From Octopus bimaculoides (lineage: Eukaryota), in assembly GCF_001194135.2 (NCBI RefSeq), contig NC_068989.1:61541601-61582327 (forward strand): a DNA stretch of 40,727 bases, given 5' to 3'. The notes beneath the pieces are model-generated. The model did no database searches, was not told the DNA's origin, and saw only the letters and a program-made list of their open reading frames with translations. A program made the position numbers and the translations under genes. Shown piece by piece: positions 26,593 to 38,710 of this stretch. The number at the start of each line of letters is the position of its first letter. Position 1 is the stretch's first letter.

Positions 26593-26803
26593 NNNNNNNN
26601 NNNNNNNNNNNNNNNNNNNNNNNNNNNNNNNNNNNNNNNNNNNNNNNNNNNNNNNNNNNNNNNNNNNNNNNNNNNNNNNNNNNNNNNNNNNNNNNNNNNN
26701 NNNNNNNNNNNNNNNNNNNNNNNNNNNNNNNNNNNNNNNNNNNNNNNNNNNNNNNNNNNNNNNNNNNNNNNNNNNNNNNNNNNNNNNNNNNNNNNNNNNN
26801 NNN
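26593..26803. other. Assembly gap
   Basis: N run flanked by (TA)n. Confidence 1.
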
Positions 26804-26844
<41 letters not shown>

Positions 26845-26874
26845 TTATGTATATATGTATATAGCTATGTATAC

Positions 26875-26980
26875 GACGGTTTCTTTCGGTTTCCGTTAAC
26901 CAAATCTACTCATAAGGCTTTTGTCGGCCCAAGGTGTCACGCAATGGGATTAAAGCCGGATCTATGTGGTTGGGAAGCAT
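26875..26980 (-). mobile_element. SINE family A head fragment, internally deleted
   Basis: GACGG.TTCTTTC.GTTTCCGT..ACCAAATC.ACTCA.AAGGCTTT matches 3386-3440. Confidence 0.75.
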
Positions 26981-27342
26981 GACATACATACATACATACA
27001 TACATATATACATACATACATAGATTCATAGATTCTCTAATCCACCTTCGTGCAAGGAAATTAATTACTGGTCTTTATATCCAGCAATATTTATGTCCCC
27101 CGAGAGTTTCGGCGATATTTACGTTGTTCTAATTAACAAATGTGTAAGTTGATTTCAAATAGAATGTAGAATTTCTGTAGCATTTTACTAATCTATTGAA
27201 ACCAGTGTTGGAATATTAAAATTGATAGTCATCGTCTGAAGTTGGCAATTATGTTTAAAGACAAATTCGGTAGCATAATTACACCCATCAAAGTGAAGTC
27301 TACACATTGTTGCATATATAGATAGCATGCGTTATCGTTACT

Positions 27343-27351
27343 GCAGCAGCA

Positions 27352-27385
<34 letters not shown>

Positions 27386-27478
27386 CTGATGATGATCCTC
27401 CTCCTCCTCCTCCTCCTCCTCCTACTACTACTACTACTACTACTACTACTATTACTACTACTACTACTACTAGTAGTA
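27343..27478. repeat. Compound trinucleotide microsatellite (GCT/GAT/CCT/ACT)
   Basis: Directly visible. Confidence 0.9.
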
Positions 27479-27640
27479 CCGCAAGTATTTAGCTTTTCAA
27501 ATACAACTTTGCTTCTCTACCTGATTCAGTCAAACTAAAAAAATATGAATGCCTCTTATATGTCATGTGGTCCAACCGTGTGCAAAGCGGAAATCTTGGT
27601 GTCGCTGATAGTTAGTAAACATATATATCCATTATTTTAG

Positions 27641-27715
27641 CATCAGTAAAGGAGGGGCTAACTGACGCCCTTATCATGTGTATTTATTCAATGCAGTTTT
27701 TGCACCGACATTTTG
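27641..27715 (+). CDS. Candidate internal exon, product unknown
   Basis: attattttag acceptor and perfect G|gtaagt donor; 75 nt, phase 1-1; only one frame open (SVKEGLTDALIMCIYSMQFLHRHF); phase-compatible with 10111-10201. Confidence 0.4.
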
Positions 27716-28989
27716 GTAAGTGAATATGTGAAAGTTCTAACATTGCATCTACGAAAACTAACAGAATTCCATTTGCTATATCCACAAATGCGTTCAGCAG
27801 TATACGTAGGTCACTTTCAAATTGAAATAATCCCACTTCACATCGCACCCTCAACATCAATTACGCTGTAACAGAATTCTTTTTTTTTTCCTTTTTTTTT
27901 TTTTGTCTTTGGCCAATAAGTGTTATTTCATATTTGTTTCTCTCTAGAATCAGTGCAATTTACTACTATTCCCACAAACTTTGCATTTGTGACCTGGACA
28001 TCAATATTTTGAAACTGACCTGTTTTTCATTACATTTGAGACATATTCAGCGCTGAGCGGCTGAAGCAGAAATATTCTAATGTAAATACACAACAATATG
28101 AAAAAAACATGTCGATAGAACACAACCTGCGATACACAACAACACAATATAAAAACTAATATCACAGAAGAATCAAACAAAACTCCATAACAAATTGTTC
28201 AGATATAATACAATATCCCCTCCACAAAAAACGAAAATGCAGCACACACCACCCCGCTAGTACAAAAGTGCAACAAATGATGTAATAGAAGGTTGCTTGA
28301 AACTTTCAGATGTCGAGAAGTAATAGTTGATTGACCATGACCAGTTGAGCATGTCCCTTGGTGGCCAACGACGTATGTATCTCTGATCATGAACAGGAGT
28401 AGTTGGGGGAGGATTACGGCCACGTATTGAGAGGAATTCTTTGGGGTGTGAATAATTCACCTCTGGAAACATGGACATTTTATTCAACATCCTTACTCGG
28501 ATTGAGGAAAATTTTAACTGGGCCCCACCTGCAAGGCCATGCACTGTTATTCTTGATATCAGATCAACATGAACAAGCTACCCATGAACAAGTTAACAGT
28601 AACAGTAATGAAATATATAAAACATACCATGAATAACAAACAACAGTTCTGAAGCTACGGACAAAAGAGAAAAAAGTAAAGCCGCTCCTATTAGAAGAGG
28701 AATATTCCAAGGATACTCGCTCTCTCCACTCATTCACTCCTTTTCTGTCTGGTACTGACGCTTTTAACCGACATGCTGAGAAAACTAACACTCTACCATC
28801 TCTTGTACAAGCATGATCTAAATTGTAAGCTGCAAATGATAAACAACCCGAAACATTACTACACGTAGTGCATGGCTTTATCAAAGAAATATATATGAAA
28901 TTCAGCGTAAAAAAAATCTGCCAAAAAATCTTGAAAAGAGAGAAACTAGCTAAAATAAGAATATCACATTAGATAAAAAAAAAAAAAAT

Positions 28990-29431
28990 GAAATAAGAGC
29001 ATTAGACAAAATTTTTTTTAAAAACCCTAAAAGCAGGCGTACAAATACTGAAGAATCAACGACATAGATAGGGTACACACAAATAAAGAGAAGATAAGAA
29101 AGAAATGCTATAGACGAGTAAGATTAATAGCTATGTGCGAGAAGGAAAAAAGCCTTTTAATCGACATATCAATCCCAGCAGATGACAATGTATCTCTAAA
29201 AGATACGGAGAAATTCTGGAAATACAAAGATCCGGAAACAGAGATAAGGCAAATATAGAGCCTAAAAATAGAATCATTCGCTATAATAATGGGTGCATTA
29301 GGTATGTTTCAAAAAACACGCAAACAAATATGTAACTAAAATACAATGACATACAAATATACGTAAACATACAGAAAATAGTACTGCAAGGCACCGCTCA
29401 CATCATACGTAAATCTCTTTCAATCCAGTGA
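28990..29431 (+). mobile_element. Internally deleted R4/Dong-like 3' fragment (RLE domain)
   Basis: EIRALD, KEKIRKKCYRRVRLI, then LLIDISIPADDNVSLK..EK..KYKD.E.EI...IMGALG...IQKIVLQGTAHIIRK.LSIQ*. Confidence 0.7.
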
Positions 29432-29968
29432 AAATAACGACACCAAAACAAACCACAGCTCATACGCAAAACACATTGAGCTGTGTTTCGTCGGGCAGTG
29501 AAAGTATGTGATTTAAATAATACTATCAAATAATAAAACTATCCGATAATATGCTTCCTGTGCTAAAACATGTAGTCTGTATCAGTGTGGTAGCGTCATG
29601 AATCACAACAAGGGCTAACAATACAAACAATAACATATCTATTTATTCTCAATGGCAGATTTTCAAGTGAATATCTTATCGCTGTTGTTTTTCATCATTG
29701 GAAAACATTTGCATCCTTTACGCGATGTCTGTTCATAACAGAGGCGATTTACCACGTTGTTTCGGCTTTATTGTCCCTTTTCTCTTTCAGAATTACCCTT
29801 TCCAACGAATTTCACGAAACTACAGGCTTTTGTTTGTAGATTTCAACAAATGGCTTATTTACTGATGTGAAGAGAGTAGCGACGATAGTTCGATTTCAAT
29901 AGAATTATGCTTGGACGAAAAGAACACGGAGTTTTCAGGACATTTATGAGGAAAGAGATATAGATATA

Positions 29969-30016
29969 GTCTTACAGCTGTTTCTGGGATATTTTTGATA
30001 TCCCTTCATCAGAGAC
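29969..30016 (-). ncRNA. Minimal type I hammerhead ribozyme, intact core
   Basis: GTCT-CTGATGA-A-GGGATAT caaaa ATATCCC-A-GAA-ACAGCTGT-A/AGAC: helix I GTCT:AGAC, helix II 7 bp, loopless palindromic helix III ACAGCTGT, predicted GUA cut between 29973 and 29972. Confidence 0.8.
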
Positions 30017-30524
30017 GATGTGAGATGGTTAAATAGAGGTAAATGTTTGAGTTCGAAATAAGGAATTATTGTGGAAAAGGGTGAGATAGGGAATATAGAG
30101 GGAGATAAGAGAATGAAAGTAGAAGTAAAATATAAAACATTGTAGATGCAGTTTCATTATTTGAGTAAAGTGATGTATAGAAGTGTTAAAAAATATTCTT
30201 ATACATGGTATATAAGTTCCAATGGTAGTTCATATTTACTCAGTTCTAAGTATGGAGCCGTGGATTCTGTGTTCCTCATTCGAAGGGGTTTTGTGGTGTG
30301 AATAAATATGAACTACTTTTGGAACTTAAATACCATGTACAGGAAACTGTTTTACCACTTTTATACATCACTTTACTCGAATAATGGAACTGCAACTACA
30401 GTGTTTTATATCTTATTTCTACTTTCTTTCTCTTATTTCCCTCTATATTCGTTATGTCCTCCTTTTCCACAATAATTCCTTATTTCGAACTCAAACATTT
30501 ACCTCTATTTAACCATCTCACATC

Positions 30525-30572
30525 GTCTCTGATGAAGGGATGTCCATAATATCCCAGGAACAGCTCTAAGAT
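30525..30572 (+). ncRNA. Degenerate hammerhead copy, probably inactive
   Basis: Same layout as 29969-30016 but GAA to GGA at core position 13 (30558), helix III G to C (30566), helix I AGAC to AGAT. Confidence 0.65.
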
Positions 30573-30663
30573 TATATCTATATCTTTCCTATAGGGAAAT
30601 AATCTCTTTCCTTATAAATGTCCTGAAAACTCCTCACAGCCTTGACTTTGTTATCTCTTTTTG

Positions 30664-30693
<30 letters not shown>

Positions 30694-30698
<5 letters not shown>

Positions 30699-30769
30699 AT
30701 GTGGGTCTTGTATTAGCATGTATATATATATATATATATATACATGCTAATACAAGACCCACATTAAAT
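30694..30769. repeat. Perfect 76-bp palindrome centred on (TA)n
   Basis: ATTTAATGTGGGTCTTGTATTAGCATG-(TA)n-CATGCTAATACAAGACCCACATTAAAT. Confidence 0.9.
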
Positions 30770-31618
30770 TCCTCACTCGCATCACTATCGAACCAAGAGC
30801 TTAACTACGGTTTGTCCATAGCACTTAGCGTTACTTGCCACTCTTTGGGTCTTCTAGATACCAATGCCTTATATATAAATACACACATACATACATGTAA
30901 TGTCACTTTGAAAAGTTACGTTTAATTCTGATTTTTTAAAAATCAATTAATAATATGTATGAAATTGAAGCGCTACTCGATGTTTAGGACTTTAATTAAA
31001 TTTTGACAATAGTTAAGAACAGCACATTCTGAAATTCGTAGTATGCGACAAATATTAATTACTGCAAGCAAGGTCAGTATTTAGAGACATTAATTAATCT
31101 AAAAATCCGAATTAATGGAAACAACAGCCGTTTGATCAGAAATGACGACTAGTCATAATAAGGTATTGCAAACACAGAATAAAATTATGGCATAATAAGT
31201 AATATAGATAATGTTTTCGCTATGAAGTATTTCAATATAATACTAAAATCGCGACGGTGTTAGATTTACTCGCTGTTTCTGGCCATTATGTGTTTAGACG
31301 ACATAGATGAGTTAGATAACGATGAGGTCAGAAAGTTGAAAGCTGCACCATACTTTATCTTGAAATTACCATAACAACTATGGAGATCAAACATAGGACT
31401 CAAACTCATGTATGTACACACACACAAACACACACACATTCAGACACGCACATGTAAACACACATATACATATATATATATAAACATATACATTTATATA
31501 GGAACTTGTGTCTATAAATGTATGAATTTATTCTAGCTATATGTGTATGCTTGTACGTTCGTATATAATTACATGTCTGTGTGCATCATTGTATATAAGT
31601 ATGTGTGTATGTGTATAC

Positions 31619-31716
<98 letters not shown>

Positions 31717-31753
31717 AATCTCTGAACGTCGTATAAACAGTAACTGCACGACA

Positions 31754-32125
31754 ACGTGAAGTATATTTGCCACTTAAATGCGGCTAGACCCTAAGGGTGA
31801 ATGTTGCTTTTAGCCCCAGGTGAACATCTCCTCCAGCTGTCTGTTGACACACTTTCTGTGCCCTGTCAGTATTTGCAAAGGGAGCCCTTCGCATCGAAGA
31901 TCGGTGATTGTCATACGCTGACGAAGGGTAGATACCCAGAAATCCGGGTCCGTGCGTATCACGTCAGATCGACGACGGGAAGGAAGAGTTCCCTTTGCAA
32001 ATACCGAAAGGGCACAGAAAGTGTGTCAATAGCCAGCTGGAGGAGTTGTTCTCCTGGGGTTGAAAGCAACAGTAGCATTCACTCTTAGGGTCTAGCCGCA
32101 TTTAAGTGGCAAATATACTTCACGT
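31754..32125. mobile_element. Fold-back element B: ~137-143 bp inverted arms, ~92 bp spacer containing a hammerhead motif
   Basis: 31754-31890 is the reverse complement of 31983-32125; the outer 50 bp have a single mismatch. Confidence 0.9.
31914..31954 (+). ncRNA. Minimal type I hammerhead ribozyme
   Basis: TACG-CTGACGA-A-GGGT agat ACCC-A-GAA-ATCCGGGT-C/CGTG: helix I 4 bp with one G.U, helix II 4 bp, near-palindromic helix III, predicted GUC cut after 31950. Confidence 0.7.
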
Positions 32126-32902
32126 ATATATATATATGGGTGTGTGTATGGGTATGTGTGTGTATGGTTGACCGCAGAGACAATGGTCATGAGCAAAAAC
32201 CCGAAAACACACTAGGTGTTAGATTAATAAATATACTCTGTCTTTGAATAGATGCTATTGTGAGAGTGTATGCACTTTCGTAGTTTCGATTGTATCAACT
32301 AGAAGTAATTTAGGTATCTTCAAGAAGCCTACTATATTTAAGATCCGATACTGTTTCCTATGTCTTTAATTACTACCAGGAAAGAATTTCCAATATTTTA
32401 TTAACTTTCTATAAATTATGAATTTATTACAAAAAACTTCTATCAGTACACGTTGTAAGAAAGTTTACGCGATTAGAAACTTTGATGATTAACAACGGTA
32501 TTACATTCACAAAACTCAAGAGAAATGATAGTAAAAGAAAACTCTTACTATCGTCGATCCGATTTATTTATGTAGAAGAGTGAATAAAACAAAGAAGAAA
32601 AAATACAACTGCGAAATAGTAAATGCAAATGCCATATATTCATTGTATTTAATTGAATGTCCTGAGGATAGGAATAGAACAACCAGCATCAAGTAAAGGG
32701 CAAACGTTTCTCAGTTTCTGTAACATTAATACACTCATATTTGTAGATATGATTAGATGTACCAATGTGTATACTGCTGAAAGTTCAAGCAGTTCCTTAA
32801 ACATGGACATAACCAAGTAATGGGAATTTTAGAACTGGAGCCAGCAGAAACATATTCGAGTTACGCAAATATCTGGTCATTTGAATTCAAATCTTACTAG
32901 GA

Positions 32903-33227
32903 GGTGCACTCCGTCGGTTACGGCGACGAGGATCCCAGCTGATACGATCAACGGAATAGCTTGCTCAAGAAATTAACGTGCAAGTGGCTGAGCACTCCAC
33001 AGACACGTGTACCCTTAACATAGTTCTCAGGGAGATTCAGCGTGACACAGAGTGTGATATGGCTGGCCCTTTGAAATACAGGTACTATTCATTTTTGCCA
33101 GCTGAGTGGACTGGAGCAACGTGAAATAAAGTGTCTTGCTCAAGGAGTCAACGCGTCGCCGGGAATTGAACTCACTACCTTACGATCGTGACCCGAATGT
33201 CCTAACCACTAAGCCACGTGCCTTCAC
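32903..33227 (-). mobile_element. tRNA-derived SINE, family B, near full length
   Basis: Minus-strand head GAAGGCACGTGGCTTAGTGGTTAGG (box A)...GAGTTCAATTCCCGG (box B), followed by CCTTGAGCAAGACACTT core. Confidence 0.85.
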
Positions 33228-34197
33228 ATCTTACTTTATCATTAAGAATAATACATAATTTTGAGATTCATTTATACCCCTGTTCTTTGCATCTACAGTA
33301 TGCGTATAAAGATATAAATATATATGGTTACAAGCATATATGTCGGTCTCTTAACTGAATGTCATCTACTTAATATTTGAGAATTTCCTGTTCGTGTGGA
33401 GAACAAATAGATTGGTCGATGAAAGCAATACTTTGTGAAGCACTTTTAAACAATGTAAATGTTGGATTACGTATCAAAGTAATTTTACAGTTTAAAACAT
33501 AGGTCTAATTAAACTCAAATCGATCAGATCAATGATCGAAAGTATTTCAGGCATGAACCATCGACAGAAAATCTAGCGAGTGTGTCCTTTTATACCACAA
33601 TAGGGTAAAATTACAAGTCTGTTCTTTCGCGTGGGTGGAGTAATGACAAAGATGCGCCCTTCCTGTCATTAACGGTACTGATAAGGAAATGAATTTATTA
33701 GTTGTTTAGTTATGAATATAGTTGTATAGGTTAGGAGATATTGTGATTAGAGTAATTTGTTTTTCCATTTGTTTCGCAAGATTCTTCATGCAAAATCGTG
33801 TGTTGAAGCATGCTATTTGTCTAGATCTATTTTTATCGAAAGGCCTGACACGTCACACAATATTATATGAAATATTTCCTTTTAAATAAGCAATCCACAG
33901 CACGTTCTCCTTTGGGTATGCTTGAAAAGGGATCGAAATACCGGCTCTGCTGCACATTACACTACACTGCCATTATGTAAATATAATCACGTTATGTAAT
34001 TAATTACGATGTAAGGATACTTTATCTGAGTTAATGATTAACAGACATGAAATCTGGAGATGTATGTCGGTTTGCATGTGTGCATGCATGTGTATGTGGA
34101 TGTGGTTATGTTTACATGTCACTGACTTTGATGTTTAGCGTGTAACCACTACATGCCTTCGAAACAAACTGTTTACATTTCTAAATGTTTATAACAG

Positions 34198-34509
34198 AGG
34201 GATGCATTAAAGTTGCTCAATGCAGTTTCTCGCTTGTCTCAAAGCGTGTCTTTTAATTCGCTTGATTGCCACAGCATACCATGGTACATTGCTTTTCAAA
34301 GTAACCACACACAAATCACTGATATCGCATCCTCGTTGCCTAGCCCTAGTTCAAATCTGATCAAAAACTATCGCACGATGTTAAGCGAGCGAATGACGAA
34401 GGGCAAATCACAAGCTTCTTCCTCTGATCTGAGATCATGCCTTTACCATAATTCTACATATATGAGAATCCTACAGCACATCCGACTCGTTGTGTTGGAA
34501 AAGCAGTGA
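34198..34509 (+). CDS. Candidate large or terminal exon, product unknown
   Basis: About 100 open codons in non-repetitive AT-rich DNA, starting at a ttataacag acceptor just after an in-frame stop: RDALKLLNAVSRLSQSVSF...RILQHIRLVVLEKQ*. Confidence 0.35.
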   Translation, partial: RDALKLLNAVSRLSQSVSFNSLDCHSIPWYIAFQSNHTQITDIASSLPSPSSNLIKNYRTMLSERMTKGKSQASSSDLRSCLYHNSTYMRILQHIRLVVLEKQ

Positions 34510-34561
34510 TAATTTAAGAACTTCCTAATTTCTCCACTCTAAAGTCAATTCTTCTGCGATG

Positions 34562-35852
34562 TACAATGCTGAACATTTGAGACATTTTTAGGAGAGGCAG
34601 TTATGTCTACTGAATGGCTGTAAATTTATTATATCGTTACTATGCATGTAATAAAGTGACTTACCGACTTCTTTTTTTTTTAATTTCAGATTGAAGGAGA
34701 CGGCTGTAACAACATTTTGAACACATCGTAGCATATCTTACTAAACACAGCTTGTTGAAGCTTACTGGTTTCCTGAGAGCAATAAGAAGACTGCTATGCA
34801 ATTAAGTTTTGTATTAAACTGGTCAAGTTATGAAATATTTCAGACTGCTTATGTTTAAGACGAGTTCCTGCTTTTCACTGGTACAAGAGGTTCATTGACA
34901 GTATAGAGGAGGTGAGAAATGACGAGAGTTGTTGTACGTAGAGTGATATCAGAATATAAGATCTGGTTGAGAAAGTTCACAGTTTTCTAGACGAAGACCG
35001 TCGTGTGTCTATAAAGACAATAAACATACAGTTTAGAGGTGGTTTGGCAATTGTACACGGAATTATTCATGAACATCTGAACATGCACAACATCTGTGCA
35101 AAAGTTTTTTGTTTCCAGGGTGTACCGTGACACACAGAAGAAAAAACGCGTTGGTGACAAAAGGGAGAAACATTAAGCTCATTATCTCCAATGCAAGAGA
35201 GTTTGAGTCTCTGATGCCCTGTAACAAAAGCTGGATCTACTGCTATGATCCAGTGACCAAGGAACAGGGTACCCAATGAAAGCACCCTGGCACCCCAAGT
35301 CCAAAAGACGAAGAAAAGTAAGTCTACTGAGAAGCTCATGATGATCCCATTTTCCAACAGCAAGGGCAGCAACTACATTCTTTGTGCTTCCTATGACGAG
35401 ACTATCAACAAAGTGTACTTTGTAGAGGTTTTGAGAAATTTTAGTAAGACATTTTGTCGCAAAAGGCAACAACACCTCTACCAGGACAATGCATCAGTTT
35501 ACAGTTAAAATCAGGAAACCAACTACTTGACAAAGTCGGACATCAAAATTATCTCTCACCCTCCCTACAGTCCAGAACTTTATCCCTGTGACTTTTGGTT
35601 GTCCACCAAGCTTAAGGAGACCCTCTGAGGAATCGGTTTGATGACACTGAGAAAATGAAAGAGCCTGTGACAATTGTCCTGGACACTGACTTTTGAGGAC
35701 TTACATGGGGCCTTCACAAAAGTGGTTGGAGCACTACCACAAGTGCATTGAATTTATAGAATCCTAGTCTGAGGAGGATCCGTGTTTTTTGCTTCAATGA
35801 AAAAATAAATGACCCTCCTGAAAAGTTTCTAAATTTCTGGAAAGCGTCTTGT
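34562..35852 (+). mobile_element. Near-full-length decayed mariner (DD34D-type) transposon, ~1.29 kb
   Basis: EQ..YAIKFC.KL, HWYKRF, WIYCYDPVTKEQ, YQDNA, HPPYSPEL.PCDFWL, KW.EHYHKCIE. Degenerate TIRs with TA at 34562 and 35851. Confidence 0.9.
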
Positions 35853-36034
35853 ATATTTGTATCTCATCATAATATATGTGACAAAATGGATTGTGCGTAT
35901 TCGATGCCCATTATGATTAGATCCACACACTCCAACGTTCTTTTTTAAATGAAGTCGATTTTTCTGTTCTGTTTTTCGAGATGAGATAAATATGAGCTAT
36001 GTAAGAGGTAATTTGTGATGACAATATAGCTTCA

Positions 36035-36435
36035 GACACAAGTATTATTGGTATTATGCAAACTGTTTCCCAATCACATGGTTTGGGATTCAGTTCCACA
36101 GCGCGGCACCTTGGGCAAGTGATTTCAGCTTTAACCTTGGACCGACCAAAGCCTTGTGAGTAAGATTTGGTAGACGGAAACGGAAAGAGGTCTGTCCTAT
36201 ATAAGTATGTGTGTGTGTGTGTGTGTGTGTCTGTGTTAGTTCCACCACCACCGTTTCACAACAGGTGCTGTTGTGTTTACGTTCCCGTAAGTTAGTGGTT
36301 CTGCAAAAGAGACCGATGGAATAAGTACCAGGCTTTTAAAAAATAAATACCCTGGTCGATACATTTGACTATAAAAATTTTCAAATTGGTTCCCCAGCGT
36401 GGCAGCTGAAACAAGTAAAAGATAAAAGATAAAAA
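36035..36435 (+). mobile_element. tRNA-derived SINE, family A
   Basis: CACATGG..GGGATTCAGTTCC..GCGGCACCTTGGGCAAGTG, ACCAAAGCCTTGTGAG, internal (TG)n, tail ...CTGAAACAAGTAAAAGATAAAAGA. Confidence 0.85.
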
Positions 36436-36871
36436 GGTAACGTAAAAACAACAGATAATGCGGGATGGATGGAGAAACTACAACTGTACGGAAACATGCA
36501 TGACACTTCTTAGTTAGGAACCTTAATGGTCAGCGTTATTTTTCGGTGGTCAGGACGTCAATCCCATGTCAGTAAGAACCAGAATATTCGCTATACCTGC
36601 ATCCATACGTGTTATCTTGTTCCGATGTTAGGAAAGGAAGAGAAGTGGGATAGTTGATGCATTTGATTTTACCCAGTGCATATACGAAACTTATTTTAAA
36701 AAACCGTGAAGATAAAACATTACTTATTCAGTAATTAATTAAAATTATTTTACATGTAAACCTTCACGATTTTGATGAAATTATTGAAACTCTCGCTTGA
36801 TTGAATCAGTGATATTCCTACCCATAGATCTTGTGGGGAAGCTCACACATTTATTCATTCATTTATCGCAC

Positions 36872-37060
36872 GTTCTTCTTCTTCTTCTTCTTCTTCTTCT
36901 TCTTCTTCTTCTTCTTCTTCTTCTACTGCTGCTGCTGCTGCTGATGATGATGATGATGATATTGCTATTGCTGCTACTGCTATTACTACTATTTCTTCTT
37001 CTTCTTACCATCATCATCACAACCACCAACCCCGCCCTCCTCGTCATCATTATCATCATT

Positions 37061-37111
<51 letters not shown>

Positions 37112-37166
37112 AGCATCAACGACATCATCAGCAACAACAAAAACAACAACAACAATAACAACAATA
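36872..37166. repeat. Long compound trinucleotide microsatellite (CTT/CTG/GAT/CAT/CAG/CAA)
   Basis: Directly visible. Confidence 0.95.
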
Positions 37167-38460
37167 TGACTAGAGTAAATGTGACGAATGTTGTAAGGCA
37201 AATATAAGGTGGCGCTAAGAGAATTGAGCTACCGATCTAGGAAAAACATTTATTACAATCTGATTTTTGCTCACTCGTCAACATCTGAGACGTTATCAGC
37301 ATATAGGAAATCAATATGATCAATTATAGATTATTAATTTGGTCAGAACATATTGGCAGAACATTACATACAAAATACAAAATAGTACATGTGACGCTGA
37401 CGTATATTTGTTAATACAATTTTTGAAGCAATTTTAAATGTATTCTAGATTACTTCTCAGCAATTTTCACTGGAGGCAGTGAATGAGTGTGCAAATGATA
37501 ATGAATACACATACTAAAATATGTAAATTTATAAACAATTCTATGTATTGAACTATATTAGATCAACTACCACGACATAGTCCTACAATCAATTGTTTAT
37601 TGGGCAAACAACACGCATAAGAAGACTGCTTATGGCTGGAGGGCTTAAAGTAATCACACTCCAGGCATAGAATAAAATATTACTTGAAAGATTACAGTTG
37701 CCATTAATCTAATCACAGAGCATAACTTAGTGTGAGTGCGTATGCATGTGTGTTCATATGTATCAGCATGGTCTGTGCGCACGCTTTTTGTATGTGTGCG
37801 CGTGTGTATGTAAGCATGCGTGTGTGTGTGTGTGTGTGTAGGTGTGTGTGTGTGTGTGTAGGTGTATCTTTTTCTCTGTGCCCTGTACTTTTGAGTAGTG
37901 ACAGTTTATTGAAGTGAATTCCGTGCAGTTGAGATGTAAGTTGATATGCAGTTTCGATCCGGATCTTGAATTACGTTAATTAATAATTCAAAGCTCCTTA
38001 GAGGAACAGGGTAAAATATACTGTATTCATCTCCCGTCAAAAATTATTTAGTATTGTATCTCTGATCTACAATGAAATTACACTAAAGGTGAATTCTTCG
38101 AGAACTAACTGATATTAGTATTGTAATCAGTATAGATCAGGCATTTGTACTCTTATCAATATGAATGAAGACTTAAAGAGAAATAGCACAAGAACGAGGG
38201 GCAAGATAGACACATACAATAACATACACTCACATAGACAGGGATGTGTACAATGTACGAAAAAAAAGCCTTCCAAATTTGCTATTATTGGCAAACGTTT
38301 CAACAGGAAAGACTAAGATTGTACCGATTCAAACAATGGTTGTAAAAGAATGCAAAACGTTGAAATATTTGATACGTGGCTAAATATTACCCTGTGCGTA
38401 ATTTCACTAGCGCTACATCAATGCCGAGAAAAATGTAAAAGAATACACCAGTTTTGGGAG

Positions 38461-38593
38461 CACGGGCTTCGCACGCTTATCTAAAATACGGGCTTAGCAC
38501 GCTTATCTAAAAGAGAGGCTTTGCACGCTTTTCTAAAACAGAGGCATTGCACGCTTATCTAAAACACGGGGTTTGCACACTTATCTAAAACAC
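38461..38593. repeat. 26-bp minisatellite, 5 copies
   Basis: GCAC(G/A)CTT(A/T)TCTAAAA at 38471, 38497, 38523, 38549 and 38575. Confidence 0.9.
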
Positions 38594-38710
38594 TGTAAAA
38601 AAGCACTTTCAAGGCTGATCGTAGGATGGCATGTAGACATTATAAAGTTATACTTTAGAGAGAGATCAACTCTTTCAATTTATAGAATGCTTTTCTTAAA
38701 CGTAACTCAG

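Larger units (their letters stand above)
29928..30633. mobile_element. Fold-back element A: ~315-335 bp imperfect inverted arms, 56 bp spacer, hammerhead motif in each arm (Penelope-like terminus)
   Basis: 29928-30242 is the reverse complement of 30299-30633 (termini GGAGTTTTCAGGACATTTAT / ATAAATGTCCTGAAAACTCC). Confidence 0.9.

Noticed and set aside
28140-28990. Possible N-terminal region of the R4-like element
   Set aside because: Only weak motif resemblance; too decayed to support a call.
33140-33227. tRNA-like sequence with box A and box B (also 3470-3548 and the heads at 23612-24570)
   Set aside because: No complete cloverleaf and continues into SINE bodies; these are SINE heads, not tRNA genes.
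38461-38593. CRISPR-like repeat-spacer appearance
   Set aside because: Linkers are 10 bp and mutually similar, there are no cas genes, and the context is eukaryotic.
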